Below, one piece after another: positions 1 through 12,943 of a stretch of DNA of 37,026 bases. The notes under the pieces were generated by a model. That model was not told the DNA's origin, made no database searches, and saw only the letters and a program-made list of their open reading frames with translations. The number at the start of each line of letters is the position of its first letter. Position 1 is the first letter of the stretch. This DNA comes from Candidatus Humimicrobiales bacterium (GTDB lineage Bacteria > Actinomycetota > Humimicrobiia > Humimicrobiales > Humimicrobiaceae), in contig JBBQDW010000002.1 of the NCBI GenBank assembly GCA_038320085.1, positions 1 through 37,026 of the forward strand, read 5' to 3'. A program made the position numbers and the translations under genes.

Positions 1-68
1 GATTGGGAGCCTGGGCTTAGGGAAATAAAAATGAAATTAAAAAATTAGTTAGGTTTAAGGGACCAAAA

Positions 69-947
69 ATGAAAAATGATGCTATTGAATTTTTTGATAC
101 AAATTTTTGGATAGGCGAGAATAATATTTCTGAAAAATATAGCACTGATGATGGCAGCGCCATTAGAGCTATCCATAAAAGAGCAGAAAAATATAATATT
201 ACTTCGACCCTTATTACCCATTTTAATTCGCTTTTTTGTTCGCCGGAGACAGGAAACAACCTGCTTGCGGTGTTTCTCAAGGAGGCGAACGATTATTTAA
301 ATAATAACCCCGCTGAACATAGTTTCGGGAGTACAATTAGTGAAGGCAGCAGCATTCCAAAGAATATTGCTTGCAGTGGGATGTTGTTTATGGAATTTGA
401 TTATTTTAAGGGCCCCGAAATTTTTAAAAGCCAGCTTTTAAAAAGATATTCTGAGGGGTTTAGGTGTATAAAGCTTTTACCAAAATCACACAAATATCCT
501 TTTGAGGCCACACTCTTAAAGCATGTCTACCAGGTACTGGATGAGTGCCGGTTTCCGGTGATGATAAGTATAGATGAGCTGGATATAACAGGCGACAAAT
601 ACATCGAGTGGATGAAAATCCTGCACGTTGCCGGCAGTTTCGTGAATATGCCAATAATAATAGATGGCGGCAATTCTAAAGAAATGATATTTAACAGTTA
701 CATATATCTCCTTTTGCAAAACAGTTCAAATATTTATTTTAACACTCATAATCTTTTCTCACTTGGACAGATTGAAAACATCGCTTCATTCGGAGGTTCA
801 GGCAGGCTCATTTTCGACTCATATTTTCCATTTTATGAGACCTTTTTATCTGTTGACAGGATCCTGGAAGCGGATCTTCCGGAAAAAGACATAAGAAATA
901 TTGCATCTCTAAATATGAAAAATATAATCGACAAAATAAAAATTTAG
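69..947 (+). CDS. Amidohydrolase-fold (PF04909-like TIM-barrel hydrolase) paralog lacking the N-terminal HxH metal motif
   Basis: 292-aa ORF. The C-terminal RLIFDSYFPFYE...LPEKDIRNIASLNMKNII parallels the family motif LFGSDxP...N(A)xxL seen in the next gene. The position of the HxH motif reads FFDTNFWIG. Confidence 0.5.
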   Translation: MKNDAIEFFDTNFWIGENNISEKYSTDDGSAIRAIHKRAEKYNITSTLITHFNSLFCSPETGNNLLAVFLKEANDYLNNNPAEHSFGSTISEGSSIPKNIACSGMLFMEFDYFKGPEIFKSQLLKRYSEGFRCIKLLPKSHKYPFEATLLKHVYQVLDECRFPVMISIDELDITGDKYIEWMKILHVAGSFVNMPIIIDGGNSKEMIFNSYIYLLLQNSSNIYFNTHNLFSLGQIENIASFGGSGRLIFDSYFPFYETFLSVDRILEADLPEKDIRNIASLNMKNIIDKIKI

Positions 948-960
948 AGGGAACTAAAAA

Positions 961-1761
961 GTGATGAAAGAAAAATTAAAAAATTTTACTATTATCGATA
1001 CTCATTTGCATCTTGGATACTTAAGCGGGCTTAATATTCCTAAGGAACCTGATGGGCAGATAATGAGGCAGTTTCAAAAATACGGGGTTAAAAAAGCAGT
1101 ATTTTCTCATCATGCTGCTTTATCGTCAATAGATTTTGGGCTTGGCCAGACATTGAAAGCGCTTGAAAGATATAAAGGCATGCTGTATGCCTACCTGGTT
1201 TTTAATCCTAATTTTGCAAAAAAGAGTCTTGAGATAATTAAGGAGTATATAAATCACGAAGCTGTTGTCGGAGTAAAGATACATCCTTCGTGGCACTCAT
1301 GCTACCCGAATGATGAAAAGTATGCCGAATTCTGGAAATATGCCGATGCAAACGGGATAGTTGTGCTTACCCATACATGGAACCCTAATGTGCCGAATAA
1401 GTCCCAGAAGTTTTCCGACCCGGTTTTTTTTGAAAAAACAGCAGCCGGCCATCCGGATGTTAAAATAATCCTAGCCCATGCAGGCGGAAGGGGAGAGTAT
1501 TTTTATAAAGTCATTGGCCTTATCGAGAGAAACGAAAATCTTTATGTGGATTTTGCCGGGGATATCTTTGAACCGTTTTTAATCGAAAATTACGTGGAGA
1601 GAGCCGGCTCAAGCAAGCTTCTTTTTGGAACTGACCTGCCCTGGGTCGATCTTCGTTTTTATCTGTCAAATATTTTAAACTCCAGGGTCACTGATACTGA
1701 CAGGCAGAATATTTTCGGTTTAAATGCCCTAAAGTTGTTTGGCCCAAAACTTATTTGTTGA
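961..1761 (+). CDS. Amidohydrolase family metal-dependent hydrolase
   Basis: 266 aa. Has the HxH motif IIDTHLHLG, plus ILAHAGG, LLFGTDLPW and DTDRQNIFGLNALKLF. GTG 961 or ATG 964 could be the start, with GGAG-like AGAGGGA upstream. Confidence 0.75.
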   Translation: MMKEKLKNFTIIDTHLHLGYLSGLNIPKEPDGQIMRQFQKYGVKKAVFSHHAALSSIDFGLGQTLKALERYKGMLYAYLVFNPNFAKKSLEIIKEYINHEAVVGVKIHPSWHSCYPNDEKYAEFWKYADANGIVVLTHTWNPNVPNKSQKFSDPVFFEKTAAGHPDVKIILAHAGGRGEYFYKVIGLIERNENLYVDFAGDIFEPFLIENYVERAGSSKLLFGTDLPWVDLRFYLSNILNSRVTDTDRQNIFGLNALKLFGPKLIC

Positions 1762-2006
1762 AATCATATCCGGCTCTTAGAAATTCTCTCCTGGCATCAC
1801 TTAAGGTTTTAATGTGTACTGTACAGAAAGGATTTAGAATGCACATATAAAACATTATCATTAAATCCGATAATATCTTTTTTAAGTGTTTCCGGCATAT
1901 TTTTGGACCTTCCTGATATTGTTACATTGAATCCTGCGTCCAGAAAATTTTTTGCCATTTCAAGTCCCAGGCCACTGGTACTTCCGGTAATAACAATGGT
2001 TTTCAT
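1751..2006 (-). pseudogene. Short-chain dehydrogenase/reductase remnant with the N-terminal Rossmann segment and a short C-terminal tail in another frame
   Basis: The 65-aa ORF begins MKTIVITGSTSGLGLEMAKNF (TGxxxGxG) and stops after about 55 family-like residues. A second frame at 1751-1810 reads KTLSDARREFLRAGYDFNK*. The total of about 256 nt compares with about 750 nt for an intact SDR. Confidence 0.5.
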
Positions 2007-2150
2007 CAGGCTTCCTACTTAAAAATAGTATAATTTAAAAAAACTCATCTTTTATAAACCTGCCGGATGAGTATAATAGTAAAGTTATTATAATATTTTA
2101 AAAAATTTAGTGAAAAGAAATGATTTCATGAAAGGTTACAAATACCGAAT

Positions 2151-3353
2151 ATGATAAGTTCTTACAATCAGGATAGATTAAACAAATTCCAGGTGGCGCT
2201 TTCTACATCAAGTCATTTTATAACAGATATATACCAGAGTTTTATAATAGGCCTGATACCTTTGCTGAAATTAAAATTCGGGCTTTCACTTTTTGAGGTT
2301 GCGCTGCTTACTGCTACAAGCGTCATAGCTAACAGTCTTTTTTCCCCGGTTTTTGGGATCCTTTCAGACAGGCATGGCCTGAAATACTTCCTTATATTGG
2401 GTCCGCTTGTGACTTCAGTATTTTTAAGCCTTCTTGGCATAATTACAAATTATTATTTTCTGCTTGTCTTTCTTTTTATTGGCAACCTTGGGGTTGCTGC
2501 ATATCATCCTGCAAGCGCTGCAGTAGCGGGCCATTTTGGCGGCAATAAAAAAGGTATCAGCAGTTCAATTATTAATTTTGGCGGCAATTTTGGAAGCGCC
2601 TTGGGAGTACTTCTTATAATACTTATTGTCGAAAAAATCAACATGAAGTTTACTCCTGTTGCAATGATTCCTGGCATTATAATGGTTATCATACTATTAA
2701 AATATATTCCTTCCTCAATGCACGGAGGAAGTATCTTTAAATTGCGCGGATTCTTTACCAAAATAAAAAAAGTAAACAAAAGTAAGGTTTACCTTTTGTT
2801 TTTGGTATTATTTAGTGTTTATACCCTTTATATAATGTGGATAACCATTTTTACTTATATACCTCTATATTATACCGGTGAAGGGGCAACCCTTGTAACT
2901 GCAGGCGTCGTAATGTTTTTGTTCGGTATGCTTGGAGGTGCAGGAGGAATGCTGTCAGGCTGGTTATTTGACAGATTCAAAAAAGGCAGTTTCATAATAC
3001 AGGCAGGTTTTCTTTGTGCCCTGCCCCTGTTTTATTATGCTTTCAGGACCCCCATCCTTATTTCTTTTGCCCTTTTCATATTAGGAGGGATATTCCTGAT
3101 TTCAGCCCAGCCTGTATGCATCAGGATAACACAGGACCTGCTGCCGGGAAATGTCAGCTTTGCGTCCTCACTGATTTTGGGATTCAGCCCGGGCCTTGCA
3201 GCCATTACCATTATTTTCCTCGGTAAGGTTGCTGACAGGATCGGTATTGCCCAGTTAATCAGGTGGGAACTGCTGCTTGTGGCCTTTACAATAATCCTGC
3301 TATTTAGCTATCCGCTTGCTGAAAAAAAGAGCCGGGCCTTAAAAGAGATTTAA
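2151..3353 (+). CDS. MFS transporter
   Basis: 400 aa with about 12 hydrophobic segments. The loop 2-3 motif GILSDRHGLK matches the MFS G-x-L-x-D-R-x-G-R/K signature. Confidence 0.75.
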   Translation: MISSYNQDRLNKFQVALSTSSHFITDIYQSFIIGLIPLLKLKFGLSLFEVALLTATSVIANSLFSPVFGILSDRHGLKYFLILGPLVTSVFLSLLGIITNYYFLLVFLFIGNLGVAAYHPASAAVAGHFGGNKKGISSSIINFGGNFGSALGVLLIILIVEKINMKFTPVAMIPGIIMVIILLKYIPSSMHGGSIFKLRGFFTKIKKVNKSKVYLLFLVLFSVYTLYIMWITIFTYIPLYYTGEGATLVTAGVVMFLFGMLGGAGGMLSGWLFDRFKKGSFIIQAGFLCALPLFYYAFRTPILISFALFILGGIFLISAQPVCIRITQDLLPGNVSFASSLILGFSPGLAAITIIFLGKVADRIGIAQLIRWELLLVAFTIILLFSYPLAEKKSRALKEI

Positions 3354-3375
3354 TATTGCTTTAAAAAGCAATATT
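3352..3375 (+). terminator. AT-rich perfect hairpin right after the MFS stop codon, a possible weak terminator
   Basis: AATATTGCT-loop-AGCAATATT starts at the TAA stop. There is no clear downstream T-run. Confidence 0.3.
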
Positions 3376-3706
3376 AAATTGGGATACAGCTATTTAACCA
3401 GGCTTTTACCGGCTTAAATAAGCGGACTTAAAAAAATTATCCTGGTTTGCGCAAGAAGTAAAATATCTTGCTCAAGAGTTCCATATTTGAATGCTATTTA
3501 GCCTGTTTTTGATTTTGCAATGACAGGAAAAATGTCCTCATTAGAAATCCAAGACCAACAGCGACGGTTATATGTCCCATGCCGACAATATATGGCAGGG
3601 CCTTAAAATCAAGCCCCATGACATCGATTATTTCTCTTGCACCCATTGCAATTATGCTTAGCAAAAACCCGGGGTTATTAACCGATGAAGATATTTTTAA
3701 CAAACT

Positions 3707-3880
3707 ATGATTAAGGTTGTTCTGAACTCAAATGTAATAATTGCTGCATTCGCAGCAAGGGGTCTTTCAAATTCAGTATTTGAGCTGTGTCTTGATAAGT
3801 TTGAAATAATAATAAGCGAATTTATAATTAAAGAAATTTCAAACAAATTAGCAGATATCTCACCCGGGTCCGGAGGATAA
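3707..3880 (+). pseudogene. Truncated PIN-domain toxin (PIN_3/TIGR00305-like), N-terminal 57 aa only
   Basis: My translation is [57 protein letters not shown]. It matches the start of PIN toxins (VVLDTNVlisA....ile....g.fel.is..il.El). It lacks the catalytic C-terminal two thirds and is below the ORF-track cutoff. Confidence 0.5.
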
Positions 3881-3973
3881 AACAATTCATAGTCTTCCAC
3901 ATATTTGGATATCTCCATCAGGAGGACCCCAGATTCAACAGTAAGGGTATAATAAGAATATAATTAAGACTTA

Positions 3974-4001
3974 TTGACAGCCTTAATTCCATCGCTATAA
4001 T
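3974..4001 (+). promoter_or_regulatory. Sigma70-type promoter of the V-ATPase operon
   Basis: TTGACA (3974-3979), a 16-nt spacer, then TATAAT (3996-4001), about 85 nt upstream of the first ntp gene. Confidence 0.55.
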
Positions 4002-4086
4002 TAATAAACGTTTGATTTTTTATATTTTATATATATTATCCACTGTTTAATATTAAACAAATAAGCTTGCTTACTTTTTAACTGAA

Positions 4087-4397
4087 ATGATAAATAATTT
4101 AATTGAACAAATAAAAGATTCTGAAAAAAAAGCAAAAGATACTGTCCTGGAAGCCAAAAAAAAGTATTCTGAAATTATAGAGAAGGCTTACAGTGAAAGC
4201 GAAAAAATAGAGAATAAAGCAAAAACAGATGCGTTAGGGATAATTGAAGCTGCTAAAATAAAAGCAAAAGCAGACGCAGAGTCTGAAATCAAAGATATAT
4301 CAGCCCAGTACATGAATAAAAATAACGCAATTCTCAAAAAAGCAGAATTAAAAGAAAATGCTGCAATTGATATAATTATAAAAAAGATTTTAGGTTA

Positions 4398-4398
<1 letters not shown>
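4087..4398 (+). CDS. ntpF: V/A-type ATPase peripheral-stalk subunit (G/H-like; E. hirae NtpF position)
   Basis: 103-aa all-helical Lys/Glu/Ala-rich protein. It is the first gene of the operon and its stop overlaps the ATG of subunit I (TAATG). Confidence 0.6.
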
Positions 4399-6871
<2,473 letters not shown>

Positions 6872-6884
6872 AAAAGAGGCACAA

Positions 6885-7475
6885 ATGACTTTGGAAAACC
6901 AGACAGTTGATAATGTTTCAAAAAAGATTCTCTCAGATGCTGCTGCAGAAGGTGAAATAATTATAAATGAAGCTCTCGCAAAGGAAAAAGAGATATTGGA
7001 GACTGCAGAAGAGAGAAGAAAAAAAATTATTAAAGAAGCAGAAAATCAGGCAGGGGAAGTTTACCTGAAAGTCAGGGAACTTGAGATTGCAAATGCAGCA
7101 ATGAAATTCAACCAGGAAGGCCTCCTAAGTAAAATTAATTTAATTGAGGAAATTTCTCATAAAGCATTAAATAAGATCAGGCTTTCCGAGAATGAAAAAT
7201 ATATAAATTTTATTGAAAGCTCAATAAAGGATTTGAAATTTTCCAAAGCAGATTACCAGATTGGGAAAAGTGAAAAACTTATAACAGGTGATATATTAGA
7301 GGAAGTTTCTAAAAATATTATTCTAGTGCCATCAGATAAAACTCCTGATTTTGAAAAAGGCATAAAAATAATAGACGGCAAGAAACAATACATCATATCT
7401 ATTGAAGAAGCGCTTAAAGAAAAAATGGAAGATATATTGATGAAAATATCTGATATCCTTTTTGAGAAGGAGTAA
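6885..7475 (+). CDS. ntpE: V/A-type ATPase subunit E
   Basis: 196 aa with a long N-terminal charged helix and a globular C-terminus. Operon position fits. Confidence 0.8.
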   Translation: MTLENQTVDNVSKKILSDAAAEGEIIINEALAKEKEILETAEERRKKIIKEAENQAGEVYLKVRELEIANAAMKFNQEGLLSKINLIEEISHKALNKIRLSENEKYINFIESSIKDLKFSKADYQIGKSEKLITGDILEEVSKNIILVPSDKTPDFEKGIKIIDGKKQYIISIEEALKEKMEDILMKISDILFEKE

Positions 7476-7477
7476 TT

Positions 7478-8506
7478 TTGTTCAAGACTGAATACGATAT
7501 TAGTGACGACGGCAATTACTTGTTTGCCTGTGCACGCCTGAAAGCAAAAGAAGAAGAATTCATTGAAAAATCTAAATTTGAAAGAATGGTGGATGCAAGA
7601 ACTACTGATGCGTTTGTAAAAATTCTTGCAGAAACATACTATTCCAAATACATCGGCTTAATTACTCCGGAAGATAATTTCGACAACGTCTTTCTTGCTT
7701 CAAACGAAGAAAACCTGTCTTTTTTGAAATCAAATCTTCTTGAGGAGCATAAGATAATCTGCAACTTAATTTTTTTTGAAGAGAATATACATAATTTTAA
7801 AATCCTGCTTAAATCAATTATTTTAAAACAAAACCTTGAGAAACTTTTTATACCAGTTTTTTATTCTTATGATGAGCTGACTGAAGCATTAAACAAACAA
7901 GGGTATCTGGAAATTGATAAAGACACAAAAGAAATCCTTGAAAAAATTTCTGAAGTATCCCGGGAAGACTGCAGACTGAGAGAGAAAGAATTAAAGCTTG
8001 AAAAGTTTTATATGGCGCAATTATACTATGGGGTCTTGCTGACAGGAAGAAAAATGATGATTGATTATGTAAAGCATTTCACTGATATAACCAATATTAA
8101 AAATATAAACAGGGTAAAGCATCTTGAAATTGAAATAAATTATGATGATTTTTTATTGGAAAATGGATTTTTATCAAAAGAATATCTGGCGAAGTTTAAA
8201 GACGAAGACAATGAATTTTTTATTTCAGAGTTTTTGGCATCCAAGTATTCTTCTATAGTTAAAAAAGGTATAAATTCTTTAATCAACTATGATACTTTTT
8301 TTTCATTTGAAAAAAATGAGTATATTTTTTACCTGAATTTTTTTGATTCCATAAAATACACTACTGCAAATCTAGAAAAAATTTTCAGTTTTTTTATCAG
8401 AAAAAAAATTGAATTAAAAATATTAAACATTATTTATCTTGGGATACTTTTCAGCATAGAAAAAGCAAAAATAAATCATAAGGTGGAGATTTTAATTGAA
8501 AACTAA
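7478..8506 (+). CDS. ntpC: V/A-type ATPase subunit C (eukaryotic d equivalent)
   Basis: 342 aa. TTG start with GAGAAGGAG SD. Position between E and F fits. Confidence 0.8.
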   Translation: MFKTEYDISDDGNYLFACARLKAKEEEFIEKSKFERMVDARTTDAFVKILAETYYSKYIGLITPEDNFDNVFLASNEENLSFLKSNLLEEHKIICNLIFFEENIHNFKILLKSIILKQNLEKLFIPVFYSYDELTEALNKQGYLEIDKDTKEILEKISEVSREDCRLREKELKLEKFYMAQLYYGVLLTGRKMMIDYVKHFTDITNIKNINRVKHLEIEINYDDFLLENGFLSKEYLAKFKDEDNEFFISEFLASKYSSIVKKGINSLINYDTFFSFEKNEYIFYLNFFDSIKYTTANLEKIFSFFIRKKIELKILNIIYLGILFSIEKAKINHKVEILIEN

Positions 8507-8810
8507 AATAGCAGCTTTCGGGGAAAAAGACATAATGCTTATATTTAAAGCTATTGGAGCTGATGTTTTTCCTGTTTTTGATCTGGAGGAAGCAGCCATA
8601 AATTTAAAAAAAATAATTAAAGATGATTATGGAATTATTTTTATAACAGAAACAATAGCAGTAAAACTTGACCATATAATAAAACAGTATTCAGATAAAG
8701 TTAAACCTTCAATTGTTGTTATTCCAGGCTTGGGTGAAAGAAATAATTATGCAGTTGAATCTTTAAGGCAGGCAATAATAAAAGCAGCAGGAACAGATGT
8801 TTTTTCTTAA
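8496..8810 (+). CDS. ntpG: V/A-type ATPase subunit F
   Basis: 104 aa reading KIAAFGEKDIMLIFKAIGADVF...IIFITE...VVIPG. TTG start with AAGGTGGAG SD. It overlaps ntpC by 11 nt. Confidence 0.82.
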   Translation: MKTKIAAFGEKDIMLIFKAIGADVFPVFDLEEAAINLKKIIKDDYGIIFITETIAVKLDHIIKQYSDKVKPSIVVIPGLGERNNYAVESLRQAIIKAAGTDVFS

Positions 8811-8858
8811 AATTGATAATTTATTGAATTCTTAAGAATATTTTTAAGGAGATTTTTA

Positions 8859-10631
8859 ATGGATAAGTTGGGGAGAATAGTTAAAGTTGCCGGTCCTCTT
8901 GTAGTAGCTGAAAACATGACCGGGGCTAAAATGTATGATGTTGTTTATGTTTCAGACAGTAAAATAATGGGAGAAATTATTGAAATCTCCAGAGATCTTG
9001 CTTCTATCCAGGTCTATGAAGAAACCGGAGGAATAGGTGTGGGAGAACCTGTTTATCTCTCAGGAAATCCCCTGACAGTAGAACTTGGACCGGGACTGAT
9101 TGAATCAATATATGATGGTATCCAAAGGCCTCTTAACCTTATATATGAAAAAGCAGGGAATTTTATTACACGAGGGATACAGGTTCCTTCACTTTCCAGG
9201 GAAAAGAAATGGGAATTTACAACTATTTTAAATACTGGTGATGAGGTTTCCCAGGGAGATTTTCTTGGATATGTAGAGGAAACCAAACTTATAAGGCATT
9301 ATATAATGGTACCACCAGGAATTTCAGGAGAAATTATTGAAATAAAATCAGGGACATTTACCATTGAAGAAAATGTTGCAAAAATCAAGGATAATGATGA
9401 AATCCACAATATTACAATGCTTCAGAAATGGCCGGTCAGGATACAGAGACCTTACCAAAAAAAATTAAACCCCTCAATGCCGCTTTTTACTGGTCAAAGA
9501 GTAATAGATATGTTTTACCCTATAGCAAAAGGTGGAACTGCCTGTGTGCCGGGACCATTTGGTTCAGGAAAAACAGTCATACAGCATCAGCTTGCAAAAT
9601 GGGTTGATTCAGAAGTTATTGTATATATAGGCTGCGGAGAAAGAGGAAATGAGATGACAGACGTTTTACTCGAATTCCCTGACCTTAAAGACCCAAAGAG
9701 CGGGGAACCGCTTATGAAAAGAACTGTCTTGATTGCCAATACTTCAAACATGCCTGTAGCAGCAAGAGAAGCTTCTGTTTATACCGGTATTACCATAGCG
9801 GAATATTTCAGAGACATGGGATATTCTGTTGCCCTTATGGCTGATTCAACATCCAGATGGGCTGAAGCAATGAGAGAAATATCAGGAAGGCTTGAAGAAA
9901 TGCCGGGTGATGAAGGTTACCCCGCCTATCTTGGTGCAAAACTTGCTTCTTTCTATGAAAGAGCCGGCATAGTGAAATGCCTTTCACAAAAACAGGATAA
10001 AACGGGGGCTCTTTCTGTAATAGGCGCTGTTTCCCCTCCGGGTGGAGATTTGTCCGATCCTGTTGTGCAGGCAACTCTCAGGGTTGTAAAAGTTTTTTGG
10101 TCTCTTGAAGCAAAACTTGCATACAGCAGGCATTTTCCTGCAATATCATGGTTAAATTCTTATTCGCTCTATAATGAAAGTATCAGGGAATATGTCGAAA
10201 ATAATGTGCACAAAGATTTTTTCGTGATACAGGCGGAAGCCATGAAATTGCTTGAAAAAGAGTCTGAACTTGAGGAAATTGTCAGGCTTGTCGGAGTGGA
10301 ATCCCTTTCAGGCCCGGACAGACTGATACTTCTGGCTTCTAAAATAATCAGGGAAGATTTTCTTCACCAGAATGCTTTCCATGAAACAGATACATATACT
10401 CCGATAGAAAAGCAGTATAAAATGCTTAAAGCTATAATTTATTTTTACAATAAATGTCTTGATTACTTAAATATGGGAGTTGATATAAGAAAAATTGAAA
10501 AAATGGCAGTCAAAGATAAAATAGCAAGAATGAAATTCCTTGAAGACAGGCATGCCGTTGAGAAGATAGATGAAGTAATTATTAATATTAACAGCGAGCT
10601 TGCTGATTTTAAAAAAGAAATTGAAAATTAA
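8859..10631 (+). CDS. ntpA: V/A-type ATPase catalytic subunit A
   Basis: 590 aa with Walker A GPFGSGKTV, plus IYIGCGERGNEM and the non-homologous insert typical of A subunits. No intein is present. Confidence 0.97.
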   Translation: MDKLGRIVKVAGPLVVAENMTGAKMYDVVYVSDSKIMGEIIEISRDLASIQVYEETGGIGVGEPVYLSGNPLTVELGPGLIESIYDGIQRPLNLIYEKAGNFITRGIQVPSLSREKKWEFTTILNTGDEVSQGDFLGYVEETKLIRHYIMVPPGISGEIIEIKSGTFTIEENVAKIKDNDEIHNITMLQKWPVRIQRPYQKKLNPSMPLFTGQRVIDMFYPIAKGGTACVPGPFGSGKTVIQHQLAKWVDSEVIVYIGCGERGNEMTDVLLEFPDLKDPKSGEPLMKRTVLIANTSNMPVAAREASVYTGITIAEYFRDMGYSVALMADSTSRWAEAMREISGRLEEMPGDEGYPAYLGAKLASFYERAGIVKCLSQKQDKTGALSVIGAVSPPGGDLSDPVVQATLRVVKVFWSLEAKLAYSRHFPAISWLNSYSLYNESIREYVENNVHKDFFVIQAEAMKLLEKESELEEIVRLVGVESLSGPDRLILLASKIIREDFLHQNAFHETDTYTPIEKQYKMLKAIIYFYNKCLDYLNMGVDIRKIEKMAVKDKIARMKFLEDRHAVEKIDEVIININSELADFKKEIEN

Positions 10632-10676
10632 GAACATTAAGAAAAAGAATTATTCAGATTCCTGGAGATAAAAAAA

Positions 10677-12068
10677 ATGTTAAAAGAATATAGAAGCATA
10701 ACCAGTGTATCGGGCCCTCTTCTTGTTGTGGAAGGTATTGAAGGAGCAAAATATGAAGAACTTGTGGAGATCAGTCTTTCTGACGGAAGCAGAAGAAATG
10801 GAAGAGTGCTTGAAGTTGAAAATGACAAAGCATTAATCCAGGTATTTGAAGGCACAGGCGGAATTGAAACAGAAAAAACAAGTGTAAGATTTCTTGGCAA
10901 AGGAATACATATGCCTTTGTCCCAGGATATTCTGGGAAAAATTTTTACCGGTCTTGGCAAGCCAAAGACAGACGCAGATAAAATACTGCCTGAAAAAAGC
11001 CTTGATATAAACGGCTCTCCAATAAATCCTTTTTCAAGAAATTACCCGGACGAGTTTATACAAACAGGAATTTCCTCCATTGACGGGCTTAACACTCTTG
11101 TAAGAGGACAAAAGCTGCCTATTTTTACCGGAGCGGGGCTGCCCCATAATAAGATAGCAGCTCAGATTGCCAGACAATCTGCTGTTTTAGGCAAAAAAGA
11201 AGAATTCGCGGTGGTATTTGTTGCAATAGGAATAACTTTTGAGGAATCAGAATTCTTCATTAATGATTTTAAAAAAACAGGGGCCATAAACAGGGCCGTT
11301 TTGATTTTAAATCTTGCAGACGATCCTGCAATAGAAAGGATTGCTACTCCAAGGGTAGGGCTTACATGTGCAGAATATCTTGCTTTTGAAAAGGACATGC
11401 ATGTCCTTGTAATATTAACAGATATGACAAATTACTGTGAAGCTTTAAAAGAAATATCTGCTGCAAGAAAGGAAGTCCCGGGCAGAAGAGGTTACCCGGG
11501 TTATATGTATACAGACCTTGCAACTATTTATGAAAGGGCTGGAAGGATCAAGGGCAAAAAAGGATCTATAACGCAAATCCCTATTCTTACAATGCCTGAA
11601 GACGATAAGACACATCCTATTCCCGACCTGACAGGCTATATAACAGAAGGCCAGATAATATTATCAAGATCTCTGCATAAGAAGAAAATCTCACCACCTA
11701 TTGATGTTCTTCCTTCTCTCTCAAGGCTTAAAGATAAAGGAATAGGCAAAGGTAAAACCAGGGAAGACCATGCTGATTTGTTTAACCAGCTATATGCTGC
11801 ATATGCAAGAGGAAAAGAAGTGCAGGAGCTTGCAGTAATCTTGGGTGAAGCTGCTTTGTCAGATATAGACAAATTATATTATAAATTTGCCGAAAAATTT
11901 GAAGCTCAATATGTATCCCAGGGGGATTATGACAATAGAAGCATAGATTATACCCTTGATTTGGGGTGGAAGCTTTTATCAGTATTCCCCAGAGAAGAGT
12001 TAAAAAGAATAAGAGATGAATTCCTTGACAAATATCTTGAAAAATTTATTCAAAAGGAAAATCAATAA
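10677..12068 (+). CDS. ntpB: V/A-type ATPase subunit B
   Basis: 463 aa with motifs [29 protein letters not shown] and [13 protein letters not shown]. Confidence 0.97.
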   Translation: MLKEYRSITSVSGPLLVVEGIEGAKYEELVEISLSDGSRRNGRVLEVENDKALIQVFEGTGGIETEKTSVRFLGKGIHMPLSQDILGKIFTGLGKPKTDADKILPEKSLDINGSPINPFSRNYPDEFIQTGISSIDGLNTLVRGQKLPIFTGAGLPHNKIAAQIARQSAVLGKKEEFAVVFVAIGITFEESEFFINDFKKTGAINRAVLILNLADDPAIERIATPRVGLTCAEYLAFEKDMHVLVILTDMTNYCEALKEISAARKEVPGRRGYPGYMYTDLATIYERAGRIKGKKGSITQIPILTMPEDDKTHPIPDLTGYITEGQIILSRSLHKKKISPPIDVLPSLSRLKDKGIGKGKTREDHADLFNQLYAAYARGKEVQELAVILGEAALSDIDKLYYKFAEKFEAQYVSQGDYDNRSIDYTLDLGWKLLSVFPREELKRIRDEFLDKYLEKFIQKENQ

Positions 12069-12099
12069 TATTTTACTACTTAAAATAGATGGAGTTTAA

Positions 12100-12720
12100 A
12101 TGCTTTCTGATGTAAACCCGACCAGGATGGAGCTCTTAAGGCTTAAGAAAAGGCTTTCACTGGCACGTAGAGGTCATAAGCTTCTCAAAGATAAACGAGA
12201 TGAGCTTATGAGGCAACTGCTTAAAATGATTGGTACTGTTAAAAATTTAAGGATGTCAATTGAAAATAAATTCCAGTCAATACTTGAAAGCTTTATACTT
12301 GCCAAAGCCATAATGGGACCCAAACAAACTGAGCAGGCTCTTATTATTTCAGAAAAAGAAATATCTGTCTTGATTTCTGAAAAAAATATTATGAGTGTCA
12401 GGGTACCTGTTTTTAACATGGAAGTATCTGGGGATATAATGTCTTATGGGTTTTTGAATACTACCGGTGAAATGGATATCTCACTTGATAAATTTGACAA
12501 GTTTCTAGACCTTCTTCTTAATCTTGCCGAAAAGGAAAAAACCGTTCATCTTATTGCAAATGAAATTGAAGAAACAAGAAGAAGGGTAAATGCTCTCGAA
12601 TACAGACTTATCCCTGAATTTGAAGAAACCATTAAATATATTACAATGAAGCTTGCAGAATCAGAGAGATCCAATATCATCCGGCTTATGAAAGTAAAAG
12701 AAATTGTAAAAAACCGATAG
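12100..12720 (+). CDS. ntpD: V/A-type ATPase central-stalk subunit D
   Basis: 206 aa with NPTRMELLRLKKRL...RGHKLLKDKRDEL and RRVNALE. Confidence 0.92.
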   Translation: MLSDVNPTRMELLRLKKRLSLARRGHKLLKDKRDELMRQLLKMIGTVKNLRMSIENKFQSILESFILAKAIMGPKQTEQALIISEKEISVLISEKNIMSVRVPVFNMEVSGDIMSYGFLNTTGEMDISLDKFDKFLDLLLNLAEKEKTVHLIANEIEETRRRVNALEYRLIPEFEETIKYITMKLAESERSNIIRLMKVKEIVKNR

Positions 12721-12943
12721 GGCACGATGGAATCCGAAAGCCCGCGAATCAATACTTCCCTTGCAATAAGCCTGATAAAAGAAAATGTAGTCTCATGTTT
12801 TGAGATATCAGTATATAAATCCGGGTAAAATTGCCCAGTAGCATATTGCTAACGTCTTTCTGTCCCGCCGGCCAATAGGAATTTGCGCGGCAATTTTTCG
12901 CATATCCTTCGCTCTCCCAACGATTTGTTGACTACTGGTCTTT

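Noticed and set aside
17-280. 87-aa minus-strand ORF at the window start
   Set aside because: It is antisense to the 5' end of the first amidohydrolase-like gene. It is hydrophobic and low-complexity and has no start context.
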